A stretch of DNA of 64,000 bases from the NCBI RefSeq assembly GCF_964355755.1, contig NC_092679.1, positions 4,308,201 through 4,372,200 on the forward strand, given 5' to 3'. This document shows positions 1 to 12,988 of the stretch, one piece after another. Each line of letters begins with the position of its first letter. The stretch's first letter is position 1. Below the pieces are notes generated by a model. That model had not been told where the DNA came from. It saw only the letters and a list, made by a program, of their open reading frames with translations, and did no database searches. The stretch comes from Antedon mediterranea (taxonomy: Eukaryota; Animalia; Echinodermata). The position numbers and the translations under genes are program-made.

Positions 1-137
1 TAAATTTTCAAATAAAACGATTTTTCCAATGCCAAGATAACAATTATGAGATTTCCTCTTTGAATTTCTTATCACTGTAATACTACAGTACATATGATAA
101 TTTAATATATTACTTCAGTAGTATAGTTGATATTGGA

Positions 138-565
138 CAACAGGTTGCTTAAGTTAATTCAGTGATTCAGTTCACACTTATGCCGAGTCACGCTACAGCT
201 CATGATCAACTTACTATTTCATACCAATCGTTATTATAGTCTAGATTGATAAAATAAACATTGTTATTACTTCAATAGTTATAATAGTGGGCAACAGGTT
301 GCTTAAGTTAATCCAGTGATTCAGTTCACACTTATGCCGAGTCACGCTACAGCTCATGATCAACTTACTATTTCATACCAATCTTTATTATAGTCTAGAT
401 TGATAAAATAAACATTGTTATTACTTCAATAGTTATAATAGTTGGCAACAGGTTGCTTAAGTTAATCCAGTGATCCAGTTCACACTTATGCTATAACAGC
501 TCATGATTAACTGTACTATTTTATACCAATCTTTATTATATTTTAGATGGATAAATTAAACCTTG
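138..565. repeat. Tandem repeat, 154-bp unit, ~2.7 copies
   Basis: CAACAGGTTGCTTAAGTTAA recurs at 138, 292 and 446. Confidence 0.9.
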
Positions 566-1333
566 TAAAAGAATGCAAGTTATTTTTAAAATTATGATTT
601 ATCGGTTGGTCTTTTTTTGCAGATCATTTTTTTTTTATGATATTTAATGTTAGGTTCGTTTGACAGCTTTCTGGCAGGCTATCATTTACTTTTGATAATA
701 TGCAGGTAGGATGAACATCAACAACATTCTACAAGGTCTTTTTAAAGTTGTATTCCAATTAATAATAAGTTGCTTTCAGTTTTGAGACAACCTACCTAGG
801 AAAAGTTATGTCAATTCTTGGGAAGGGACAGGACGTACATGCTTCATCCTTTTAATCCTCAACACAATTTTGGTGGTTTCTAGGTCCACATGACCAATCA
901 TTGTCGTTTTATTGGGGTTTTTTTAAACAAAAGTTTTTTTATTTTTATTCTGGCCTAAAATGTTTAAAGTATATATATTTTTGTCTTTAATCATTAATGC
1001 ATTTGACATTTAAAGGCTGTTTTTTAAATATTTTTTTTTATAATATTCAAATCCTGAAGTACAATATGTCTTTGTATGTCTCTAATGTTAACAAGATTTA
1101 TTTCAAATTACTAAAATGATTTCAGCCTATACTAATTTTCTTTAAGATTTTAAAATTTGTAATCGGATGTCGCCTACAAAATTGTTTTGGTTTTATATGA
1201 CCACCAACAGATCACTGTTGAAATTTGTTAGACTGTATTTACTGGAAATACATGTTGAGTTTTGCTACATATATTTAATTATTCAAATTTTATTGTCAAT
1301 CTTTGAATTGAATTTGAATATTTATTGTTTCAG

Positions 1334-4300
1334 GTGGTGGAGAAGGGTAGCGATGAGTTTGAAATGATTGAAACGTACGTGGAAAACACTCACGCCAAAA
1401 CGCACAGAAGTTACTCTCTAAAGGTTCTTGAGGCAAGTCGGTCAGATTTTAAAGAAAACTATCATTTTATTTAATTGTGTTCAGAAAAATGTAGTTTTGA
1501 TACCAAAAGATTTACTATTTAGATTTTTTTTATATATTTCTACCTTCTGTTGCTAAGCTCATATTTGTTAAATGTTGCAGAGGCTCCTAAAGATTAAGGC
1601 TGCGCCTTGTGAGAAGCCTCTGAGTGAAATATTGAATAAAAAAAGAAATTTAGAAATGATTGTTATTAGCCAAGTGTACATACAATCCTGTCAGTAAACA
1701 TCTAAAAGTTTGTTTATTGACATTTTATTGAAACTTGACATATTAAATTTTATAAAAGTGTATAGCCTTATTTTTTTTTTTTTTATCAAAATAAAGTTTC
1801 ACTTTTAATATGTCACATTTCCATAAAAATGTCAAAAAGCTTTTACTTCTGGTTGGAATTTTGATGTTTTTAAGCCTGAATAAATGAACATAAATAAATT
1901 CTTTGCCTGAAAATACCAGTACTGTACTATATATTGATTTTTGTGACTGTTAATTAGTTTTGCCGCAATTTTATATTTTTGTATCTACATCAAAAACCAC
2001 CATGCCCGGTGTTTGAAGAGTTTTTGTTACTGGTATTATGTTCAATTTTGTTCAAAAGTGAAGTTGTTATATAATTTTTTTAAACATAATTGTTTAGGTT
2101 CTTAGGATCAAACGAGAGGGTGAAAGCAAAAGACATAAACCATTTCGCAAACTACCAAACCGATACCTTCTCTGGCACGGATCGAGAACAACCAACTACG
2201 CTGGAATTCTGTCTCAAGGTCTCAGGATTGCACCCCCAGAAGCACCAGTTGTAAGAGCTCTTTCCATTTTTTCTCTTTTCTTTTAACATTTAAATAGACA
2301 ATGGTTTGAATCTCACTGGTGAGCTTTTGATAATGCTTGTGCTTGTGCGAGTTGGTACAATTTTGTGTCACATTTGCTCATCACAGTGCGAACTTATGTT
2401 TAATATTTATTTATTAAACCTTATTTAAAGAGGGTAACCCTAAACAGCATATGCTAACAATCAAAGGGGCCCTCAAATAATAATATTAATGTTTTATAGC
2501 ACATTTCACAAACAATGTTGTCTCAATGCATTGTGGACTTATGTTCACCCTTTTAAACTACATGCTTCTCCCTTAAGCGTCACATCAGGTCGGTGCTGCC
2601 AATTACAGTGCTATTTTGTCGGTCCACAATAGTAGCTTTGTGAGTTATTTAGTATACCGGGCTGACCCCCCGACTCATCTAAAAAAAAGTCCACATGACA
2701 TACGGTTTATATACCACCAGAACATATCAGTACTAAATAAAAGGTCTTAGTTCTTGAATTTACAGCTTTATAGAATATTAATTGGCAAAATACAAAGAAA
2801 CAATTAAACTTTAAACCCGGAACCTGGTCACCAGCAGTAAGCAGTCATATTTTATTGCTAGTCAATATATTAAAGTGACCATGGTACTTAAGTTGATTAC
2901 TTAATCTGTTATCTATCATCCATTCTCTTTGATTCCATTATCTAACGTTTGTAGCAGTCAACATATTCTCATAGTTTAATTATGGAGTGAGTGCAGAATC
3001 TGTTTGGGTTTTAGCCTATTCTCATTCCTGGTTATTTTTACATTGATGACCGAATAAATATTATTATTATATTAATTAACAAAGTGTACATAAAATACTG
3101 GTATATAAATTGATAAATTATTTATTTAAGTTTTGCTAATTGTTAATATTTGGCAATCAGGTAGGTTTCAACACATATTGTGCTGTTAAGACTTCTATAT
3201 TCTTCTTTGTTTTTAAGTCCTTGTACAAGTCACATGTTTCATTAGCTACCAGTAAATGGTAAATGTAGTTAAATATTATCATATGGTGAAGCGGGCCAAA
3301 TTTATATGTGTATAAGGGTTAGTAGCCTTTCCAACTGGACTTGGAGGCCTAGCTTTTCTTCAAATAATTATCTTTAGTTTTAAAACTTAATAAAATGATT
3401 TCAAATTTTCAATCGTTTAGTAGAATATATTTTACTATTAAATCACCTTATACTTGTTTTTGAATTTCAGAAAAAAAAATGTTTTACTAGTCAATTTTAA
3501 ATGTCTGTAATTTAAAAAAAATAATATATATGTATTTTTTTACACAGGAATGCAGACAAACAAAAGAAGTGTCCAAAAAAATACACAAATCGTAGAGATT
3601 CATTGAAAAATTGTTGAATAAATTAAATAAACAAAATTTTTATCTTTTGCAGACTGGATACATGTTTGGAAAAGGAATTTACTTTGCCGACATGGTGTCC
3701 AAGAGCGCCAACTATTGTTTTACTTCGTCAACTAACTCTGTTGGCTTGTTGTTGCTATCAGAGGTTGCACTTGGCAACATGTATGAGAAGTTACATTCGG
3801 AGTATGTTACTAAGCTACCTGCTAATAAGCACAGTACCAAAGGTTTGTTTACTTGCTATATTAGGACTAACTGACTATCATGCCCTGCTCATGATTATGA
3901 TGACATGTGAACAACTGCTCGTGAATCACTTTAGGAGTAGAGAGCACATGGTCACCTGACATGCATGATCCAACCCTGCTCATGAGTAACATACAACATG
4001 TGAACAACCGCTCATGAATGACTTTAGGAGTAGAGGGCACATGGTCATCTAACATGCACGATCCAACCCCTGCTAATGAGTAACATATGACATGTGAACA
4101 ACTGCTCATGAATTGGTTTATGAGTAGAGTTCATATGGTCACCTTAAATATGCAAGATCCAATCATGGTCATGAGTAAGATACGACATGTTAACAACTGC
4201 TCATGAATAGCTTTAGGAATAGAGTGCATATGGTCACCTTAAATATGCAAGATCCAACCATGGTCATGAGTAAGATACGACATGTTAACAACTGCTCATG

Positions 4301-7300
4301 AATGGGTTTATGAGTAGAGTGCACATGGTCACATTACATATGCACGATCCGACCCTGCTCATGAGTAACATACCACATGTGAGCAACTGCAGCTCATGAA
4401 TAATAATAAATGTCAACAATTCACTCACGAGTGGACAATCGCTCAAGCAACTAAAGTAACAAGTGAACGTGAAATTGAAATCACATGTCATTGTGGATTG
4501 TCTCCTTATGTTATTAAAGTTTAGTGGGTGTCACTCTCTTATTTTTATATATCCAAATTTTCTTGATTGTGTTATTTTATTGTTTACTTAATTTTATAGT
4601 CCATTTGACAGTTAGTCAGCATAAAACTGTTACGAAGGAAAATGAAAACTGAAAAAAAATATATTTTAATAAAAATTAAATGATTTTATATGGAAGAAAT
4701 ATTGAATTATCCAAAATCTTCTTAGATTTTAGTATTTAATTTTTATGATACAGCGTAAACCTCCTCCAATGAAATTAAGAAATTGTTTTAAGCAAAGATA
4801 ATTGAAGAAATATAGAATTATACATCCAAAATCTTCCTGCTTTTGTTATGTTATTGTTACTTAATTTTAGAACCATTTTACACTTATTCAGCACAAACAT
4901 ATTCCAAAGGCAAATGGATAAAATATGAATGAAATATAAATATGAATAAAAATTCTCAAATTAAGTAAACATTATATGGGAAAAGAATATAGAATCATAG
5001 ATATATTATTTGAACCATAAGGAATCCTCTAGGCAGAATGAAACATAATAATATTTAATGTTTTTCTGCTCTAGATGTTGTCCTTGACTTTATGCACTCT
5101 GTATAATATAATATGTGACATTTCATGTTAAACTTGTGTTTTACTTTGAAATACTGTATGTACAATTATGACATTGATAGAGGCTGAAATAGTACAACAA
5201 AAAGCTTATAAAAAATTAATGTTCAAAGTAAATCTCAAATTGCCTTGTCTGGTAAAGATTTCAAATAATGTTATTTACATATGTGTATAATTTGATTTCT
5301 GAGAGTGTCTTATTTAGTTTACCGCTCTTTTTTTGTAGGATGTGGGTCTACGGCTCCTGATCCATCTGGCGACGTAACGATGGATAATGGAACTATCGTA
5401 CCAATGGGAAAAGGGATCCAGACGAAAGTTCAAGGGTCGCTGCTGTATAACGAGTATCCTTTGAAAAGTTTTCGGTTGACAATCAAATTAATGTTATTTA
5501 CGCTTCATTGATTTAGGAAAATACATAAAAATGTATTAATGATAGAAAAATAGTTAGGAACCTGATTCATGTTATTCAAACCACTTACTTTTACCTGTCT
5601 CCACCCAGGTGTAAAAATGGGTACCTGATTAGATCAAGACACAACTTTGCACTTATTACTAGCTGCATTATGGGAGTGTGTTTCCACACGTGCTTGATCC
5701 AAATAAAATTACCGGGGTAATAATGTGAAGCGCATTGAGAGGTTGCTTATATGTGCTATATAAGAATGAACTATTATTACTATTGCATGGCTTGTCATAA
5801 AACAATTTACCAAGCAAGTATGCAATAGCACTAAACAAAAATGTGTTTTCTCCAATCGGCACTCGCGCTGTTCGAAACTGGGGCATTCATTTATATATAT
5901 TCTCGGCGCCACATTCAGGTCACAGAGAGGTCATTATGAGTTCACTCATTAGATCAGTGCCTCTCTTTTGGACAGGTAAACTACTGAATTTACCAGCAAA
6001 AATCCAGTATATCGAAGTAATTTATTATGAAGAAATGTTAAATTACTTTGGATCAATATCTGACCCAGAAAAACTTTTTTTTTTTGCCAATCAATCAATC
6101 ATTTTTATAATACATTTTACAGTATTTACGGACATTAACACCATTACTGTACCTATTAAAAATACTGACCTTAAGTAACTCATATTTGTCCTAGAAATCT
6201 AGATATTGCACAATATTTCTTTTTAAATTCATAAATCATATTTCATTATATGCCATAAATAATATTTTATATATATATTTTGTTACAGGACACATTCATT
6301 TCACTAATACTCTCTTAGTTTTATCTCTGATCTAGAAATCCAAATTCTGTTCTGTTTTTTTTTTTTTTTTTTCATTTTTAATAAGAAATGAAATGTTAAC
6401 AACCTCTCTCATTTTTAAAAAGTCTCTAGTACTGTGTAACTTAAAATCTAAATTCTCTTTGTTCTTTTGTAATTCAGTTGTTCTTTTATCAGCTACCTAT
6501 AAAATGTGTATACTTTCATCCACTAATGTTTTTAATAGTTTTATTTGTTCCATCTCTGAGTAATCTACCTGCTTTTATTTCAACAACTTACTTTTTATAA
6601 GATAGATGCAGAAGAATAAACATCAGTTACTTGGCAAGATTTTTAAGTAACACATTGTATTTCCTAATATTTGAAAGAATTCAAATAAAAGCCCACTGAG
6701 GCTTCTACAGTAATACATTTTTTTTATAGACAGGTTGTTTTTATTTTTTTAAAGAAAAATTATTTGACTTGCGACGAAATTAAAATACCATTATTTAATT
6801 CTTTCAGGTCTACATTTAGTAAATTCCTTTCTGTCTGAGAAGTTTTGTTTTCTAATTGCGTAGAAAACTGGCTACCAGTTCTTTTTCTTAATTTATATAA
6901 ATTTAGGGGGTTTTTTTAAATATTTTTTCTTTCGTCTTTTGTCAAGGACAAGAAAAATGGCTTGCTTAATACTTTTATTTGTCATATTTTACAAACTGTC
7001 TTGATCACAAACACAATACATCTAATAAGATGATATATTGTAAGGAATATAATACCTCATCATAGCCAGTCTGTCTGTACCCTAAGGCAAGTCTGATCGT
7101 TTTCAGCATATGAATTGTACTAACAACAAAATATAAAAAATAATAATATATAAGTGATGATATATTTAGGTGATCATTTAGAATAAAATGATCACCTATT
7201 GTTATTGTATAAAATCTTTATTATTATTCTTCTTTCTGTACACTTTTTGTTCGTCAAATATCTCAAAAAGTTGAATAGCAATGATCACAAAAAGTTCACA

Positions 7301-10300
7301 ATGTCTTTCAAATACTTTAACTTAGCCATAATAAGCTTTTCAGCGTGATCTCTCACCCGTGACGTCACGTATACGCCATTTTGTGAAATCACATTATCAA
7401 TCATATATCCATAATTCATTATCACATATTTATGAAATTCACTACACGTAAACTTCAGGTCAAGGGTAAGAATATTAGCAAGTAAAAACGCGTGCGCACG
7501 TAGGGTCATGCGCGTGGAATCGTGCAGTAAAAATTTAAAAAGCTCAAAATTACGTTTTAATCAATTTAGAGCATGAATTGGGCCAATTGCGTGTTTCAAA
7601 AAATTACTGCGCAAAAAAAATATTTTGCGCGCGCGATACTTACAAAGCGTAAAAATTGCAATTTTTTTATACAAATCGCGTTCTACTCACCATCCTTAGT
7701 ACATTCACCAAATTTGAGTCAGTTCCGATTTAAAATAACGCTATACGAGCAGGTTAAAAATAACAAAATGCGCAAATTAATTGCATCAAAGTGCTGAAAA
7801 TGGTGAAAAATAAGGCCTTTTTAAAATGAATATAACTCTTCAGAATGGCAGGTGACCTCCAATTTTTTTAACTTGTTCGGAAAGCCATTGGGTTGTAGAT
7901 ACATATTCATGTGCACATTAGACGTACAAAATGGTATGACGTCATCAAATGGCCACTTCAATTTAAAAATTAGTAATTTTTATCTTTTTGTGTGGGTTAT
8001 CACATTCAATAGAGCGCATCTCCGTTATTTGAGCCCGATTTTCGCCGAAATTTTAGTATGTGCTTGCTCAATTAATTATCTTTCTCAAGAGTTGTCAACA
8101 TTTTTATTCTGATGACGTCATCATGTGTAAAAACTTTAATAACCAAGGTCGTGTAATTTCAGCTACACCATACATTTGAATATGTTATAGCTCTTCAGAA
8201 TTAAAGGTGACCTTGAAGATTATAATTTATTATGAAAGCTGAATAAATTTAGATATGAATTCATATAAAAATTAAGCCCATTGGATGTTGTGATGTTATC
8301 ATATGGCCAGTTGAAGTTAAAACGTTGTTTTTAAATTTCTTTAGTCAAAGTTACACAAATTTCAAAGAGCGCGCATTGCGCTTCTACGTGTCAAATTATC
8401 TTCCAATCCTTATATTTATTTGCTCAATTCATTATCTTTCGAAATTGTCATCTTCGAGTTTATTTTGATAATTCCATCATACCAAAAAATTTGAACATGA
8501 TGTGGGTCCCGTAATTTCACCTATGCTACACTGTATATAGATATACAGTATATACTGTAAATATTGGATATGACACATAATAGGCACAACTCAGCACTAT
8601 AACCGTATATCAGGATGGTATACATCAACATTTTCCTATTGTATGTTAACGTACGTGCATGTTTAAAAAATATTAATGTCAGTAAAGCGATAAAAATGAT
8701 CACCTATAATTCGTCAAAGTGACGAATTAAATTCTAGTTAGACTTAATGTTGGCAAGATTTTTAAATCATTAAAATGTCTTTATAGTAAAAGTTAGGAGT
8801 AAACAAGAGTGAGGTTGTATTAGATCATTAAGGTGTTACTACACCAATGTAAATTTGTATACAGTATTCCATATTCTCCACCCCAAATTACCGAAATTTA
8901 TGATACATTTTTATCTAATTTTTGTTTTCATACGCATCCAACAGCGAGTACAAACTCGTCAATTACATAGTTCATTTTATTTGTCCATACAGAAATTCAT
9001 GTGATGGATGGATGTAAAGCCAATAAAGAAGGGGATTTAGTAAAGTTAGGTATTCTAAAAGACGAAATTAAATTAGAAATAAAGGACGCCATGGATAAAC
9101 TATTTTATTTTAGGCTTAGGGAGTGGAGTTGAAAGAGTCATGAGTTACAACCCTGGCACTATACTATGTCAGGATTTGGTATATAAACATTTGAATGTGC
9201 TTTAATGAAATAAGAATGTAAAAAGATGGCATACAAATCGAGAGGACTTCTGCATCTTTGATGTTTTTATTGATAATTGATAATAATCTTACAAAAAGAA
9301 GTATATAAAATTGATTTAGGACATATATTTCATATATTTAAAGGAAACTACTTGTAGGCCTATTATTATCTATTAGCCCATTAGATGTGACGTTAAAAAA
9401 GATTAAGATAGCCCAGGAAAAGAGATGGAAATTAAGGAGATAAAAGAGTGGGAGACCTACCAAGACAGAAAGTTTGAAAATGAAATTAGAGGAAAATGAT
9501 GCTTAAGATGAGAAGACGACAACAGATTGTATAGCAGTTAGAATGCGTGACTGTTAGTTACCCCATGTTGAAGCTTCAAATGTTACCAATTTCCTTTTTT
9601 AATGTGATGGATTGTACAGTCCGTATGTAGACGCGACGCGTTGCGAGTAGTTAGACGCGACGCGTTGCGAGTATGTAGACGCAACAACGTGTTGCGAGTA
9701 GTTAGACGCGACGTGTTGCGAGTATGTAGACGCAACGTGGTGCGAGTAGTTAGACGCGACACGATGCGGTTATGTAGACGCAATGTGTTGCGAGTAGTTA
9801 GACGCGACACGATGCGAGTATGTAGACGCAACGTGTTGCGAGTAGTTAGACGCGACGCGTTGCGAGTATAGTTTCATTATTATATTCATATATATTTATT
9901 TTCAACACTGTTACTTCGAATACCTAGTAGTATTGCCTATAAATATTGTAGTAGCAGAATTGTTTTTCAGTGTACTTCGATAATTCGTATGAGTATGTGG
10001 ACGAAACGCGTTGCGGGTTAGCTAGGTGCAATGCATTGCGAATCGGCAGATGCAACGTGTTGTAAGTAGTTAGACGCGACACGTTGCGAGTATGTAGACG
10101 AGATGTGTTGCGAGTATGTAGACGCAACATGTTGCAAGTACCGTAGTTAAACGCGACGTGTTGCGAGTATGTAGACATGACGTGTTGTGAGTATGTAGAC
10201 GGAACGTGTTGCGAGTAGTTAGACGCGACACGTTGCGAGTATTTAGACGCAATGTGTTGCGAGTAGTTAGACGCGACACGTTGCGAGTATTTAGACGCAA

Positions 10301-12988
10301 CGTGTTGCGAGTAGTTAGACGCGTTGCGAGTAGGTTCATATATTCATATATATTTATTGTCAACACTGTTGCTTCGAATACCTTGTAGTACTGCCTATAA
10401 ATATTGTAGTAGCAGAATTGTTTTTCAGTGTACTTCGATAATTCGTATATCTATCTAATTCTATCAACACATTTATGTCAAAAGTTCTCTTAATTTCATT
10501 TCTGTGTAGCAGATAAAGACATTATTTGGGAAAGTTGATTGACAGATAAACTAGAAACACTGCTATTAGCAAATTAGGATCCAAGATAACACGTCTGAAT
10601 GTATTTTTACTGGTCTGAAGTGTACATGCATTCATTACCAAGGGGCGCATTTAGCGTGAGTCCGCACGTACGTTTCTTATGTATCATGTCTTTTAAATTA
10701 GCTTCCACTTAACTTAAGCCATGTGTCTTTCCCACATTAACTTAGTCATTTTATTGATGTGAAAATAATCAGAAACGTCTCCGTATTCACATTCTTAACC
10801 CAGATTTCCAACTCTGTTTAAAGATGTATTTTCCCTCAAAAACATGAAAAAAATGAAGATTAATTAAATCAGACTTTGAATAGGTAATTTTTTAGTTTTA
10901 ATAAAGAAAATCATTTCCATAGAAAAAAAATTGGAAAAACAATGTTTTCACTCATAAAATGAAGAAATAAACAGATACATTTAAACAAAAACCCATTGGC
11001 TGGCAGCCAATTTGACTATTTTTTTGCTTTAAATTACATTTTCTCAGGGAAATAAAATTGTTTTCAATACAATTTTTGGTCAAAGTGGATATTCAACAAA
11101 TATTTTTTAAGAATTATTTTTAAGGTGTACAATGTAGTTGTGGAATCGATTATGTGTTTTTATCAAGTGCTCGGCCCAAACCATTCGATTGTAGCCTACG
11201 TACGTATCATATATGAATGAATTTAAACTCGTTACTTTCATTTCAGACAATTGTCCATATGGTATAATACATTACAAAGAAAACAAAAAAGATGAAGGAG
11301 AGAGAACCAAAACTTTTAACTATTGTTATAATTATAATGCCTCTTTCCATTTGTAGTACATGTTTGAATCCATCTACAAATATAAGAAATCGGTAAGTCG
11401 AAATCCTCAAATATTCATAAAATGATGGAATATTGTTTTCCACAAACAAATTCCTCGCACTAACAAATCTGGGTTGTCCCAACAACCTCCGGAAAGCATC
11501 ATTATAACAAACTTTAAGTCGGTTGATATCTTTTTTAAAATGATTAGACCATAAAGGAGAAGAGTACATGTTAATACAATATGATCTGAACAAAAAACAT
11601 TTGATTGATTTGACTTTGTATGTTTTTTACGCGGGAATACTGCATTTCTAATTTTTTCATAGAACAGTACTTTACTTTTAATATAAATGTCCTCCTATTT
11701 TTACCATGTTGTCTGATCCGTAGTGTTTATCCATACTGTACCTCCGTTGTTTTTTTTTTTTGTGTTTTTTTTCATAGTACTTTAGTTTATTTAAAATTCC
11801 TCCTGTTTTTACAATGTTTTCCGATCCGTATTATTTATCCAGTTTACTGTCTGTCATCACTCATCACAGATTAGCCAAACTCTTTTCGAAGCATAATCTG
11901 TATATCCACCAATTAAAATAAAACCTACAACAGATGTTGTATACATTAGAAAGGGATTCTTTTTTTCCTAGTTGTTTTTTTTTAGATGGACCAAATATCC
12001 GCAGGATCGGGTTGGGATTTAAATATGTATTGTCCCCAAAAACATGAAAAATAAAGATTAATTAAACCAGACTTTGAATATGTTATTTTGTAGTTTTAAT
12101 AAAGTTAATCACTTCCTTAATATAATAATGTTTTCACTTATAAAATGACAAAATAAATGGTTAAATTCAACCAAAAAAACATTGGCCGGCCAGCCAATTT
12201 GACAATGTTTTGCTTTAAATTACAGTTTTATCAGGTAAATACATTTTTGTTTAATTTAATTTATTGGTCAAATTATAATGGCATATTAAAAAATGTGTTA
12301 AGAAGTATTTTTTCAGATGAACAATACTTCTTTAAACGTGTACATCTACTTTATACTCGTAACCCCTCCTTTTTTCCATATTAAGGGGACACTTCCAACT
12401 AGAAATGTGTACGACACCAACCTCTATTCATATGACACTAATCAAAAAGGAGTATTACCAATTGTGTATGACACAGGCAAATATAAGTGGAAAATGGCTC
12501 AGTTTTGCTGATATAGATATTAGTGCTTGTTGGTCATTGTTTAACACTTTCTATGTTGATGCTTTATGTCTCTTAAATGTTCACCATTAATGTTTATTTT
12601 GATGCCTTTATTATCGAGGTCGAGTTTGCATGTCGTAAAATCACAAAGCGAAAATATGTACACGGAGATATAAATAACACAAAAAAAAAGACATGACTGC
12701 ACTAGGCATACTTGTTGAGTGTTAAAAACAGAATTTGAGTTTGCGTGTTTTTTTAAATTTTAAAATAACTAAATAAAAGGTTTTATCCATTGGTTGGTAT
12801 TATGTATCAACACTTGCTATGTTTTATTTGTGTCTGTAAATAGTTATAAATACTATTAATATACATTACTGATGTATTCAGTATCATTATTTAAAACTCC
12901 TTAACACGTTTGTTTTAGATTCATTGTGTACGATGTTGCTCAGGTCGAAATGAAGTACCTTATAACAACCGAATTCTGTTACAAGTAG
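1334..12988 (+). CDS. PARP1: Poly(ADP-ribose) polymerase 1, last five coding exons (catalytic domain); 5' part lies outside the window
   Basis: Exons 1334-1432 ([33 protein letters not shown]), 2098-2250 ([28 protein letters not shown]), 3653-3842 ([22 protein letters not shown]...HSTKG), 5339-5453 (GSTAPDP...SLLYNE), 12919-12988 ([22 protein letters not shown]). Phases 0,0,1,2 join in frame and the H-Y-E catalytic triad is present. AATAAA at 13025-13030. Confidence 0.95.
1433..2097 (+). other. GC-AG intron of PARP1
   Basis: GAG|GCAAGT donor gives a 33-codon exon that joins in frame to the next exon, matching the length of the equivalent vertebrate PARP1 segment as recalled. Confidence 0.8.
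3875..4400. repeat. Tandem repeat, ~94-bp unit, ~5.5 diverged copies
   Basis: Recurrent CCCTGCTCATGAGTAACAT...CATGTGAACAACTGCTCATGAAT...TTTAGGAGTAGAG...CACATGGTCACC with 93-95 bp spacing, starting just after PARP1 exon 3653-3842. Confidence 0.85.
5595..5784 (+). mobile_element. 5'-truncated SINE with conserved central domain and L2-like tail
   Basis: CTCCACCCAGGTGTAAAAATGGGTACC resembles the central domain of Meta/CORE-type SINEs. It is followed by TGTGAAGCGCATTGAG...GCTATATAAG and a (TAT)n end. Confidence 0.55.
7165..8739 (+). mobile_element. Non-autonomous Helentron/Helitron-type element (HINE/DINE-1/Pearl-like)
   Basis: TAGGTGATCATTT (7167-7179) with inverted copies AAATGATCACCTA at 7186-7198 and 8694-8706; 3' hairpin TAATTCGTCA-AAG-TGACGAATTA (8707-8729); CTAGTT end; internal diverged ~355-bp tandem duplication. 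Confidence 0.75.
8920..9178 (-). mobile_element. Degenerate copy of the tRNA-derived SINE at 58060-58266
   Basis: Shares TACGCATCCAACAGC, GATAAACTATT and GGCTTAGGGAG...TGAGTTACAA...TCAGGATT with the 58-kb copy. Confidence 0.6.
9622..10448. repeat. 24-bp CpG-rich minisatellite in two blocks, each followed by the same ~115-bp tail
   Basis: Units GTATGTAGACGCAACGTGTTGCGA / GTAGTTAGACGCGACGCGTTGCGA at 9622-9868 and 9990-10332; tail duplicated at 9871-9990 and 10334-10448. Confidence 0.9.
10817..12325. repeat. Diverged ~310-bp direct repeats (10817-11133 and 12018-12325)
   Basis: Both contain CAAAAACATGAAAA...GATTAATTAAA.CAGACTTTGAATA...CATTGGC.GGC..GCCAATTTGAC...TGCTTTAAATTACA. Confidence 0.8.
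11370..11600 (-). mobile_element. 3' fragment of a non-LTR retrotransposon ORF2 (RTE-X-like)
   Basis: [57 protein letters not shown] resembles the region C-terminal to RT in RTE-X-type LINEs. Confidence 0.7.

Larger units (their letters stand above)
5454..12918 (+). other. U12-type (minor spliceosome) GT-AG intron of PARP1, 7465 bp
   Basis: 5' site GTATCCTTT at 5454; branch consensus TCCTTAAC at 12898-12905, 13 nt before the end of the intron (AG at 12917-12918). Splicing restores GA|A = catalytic Glu and the conserved YNEFIVYD. Confidence 0.93.

Noticed and set aside
5454-5511. YPLKSF... as the true PARP1 C-terminus
   Set aside because: The conserved FIVYD exon is at 12919 behind U12 signals.
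9583-10388. Arg/Val/Thr-rich ORFs and a CRISPR-like appearance
   Set aside because: Translations of a 24-bp tandem repeat; no unique spacers, no cas genes, eukaryotic intron.
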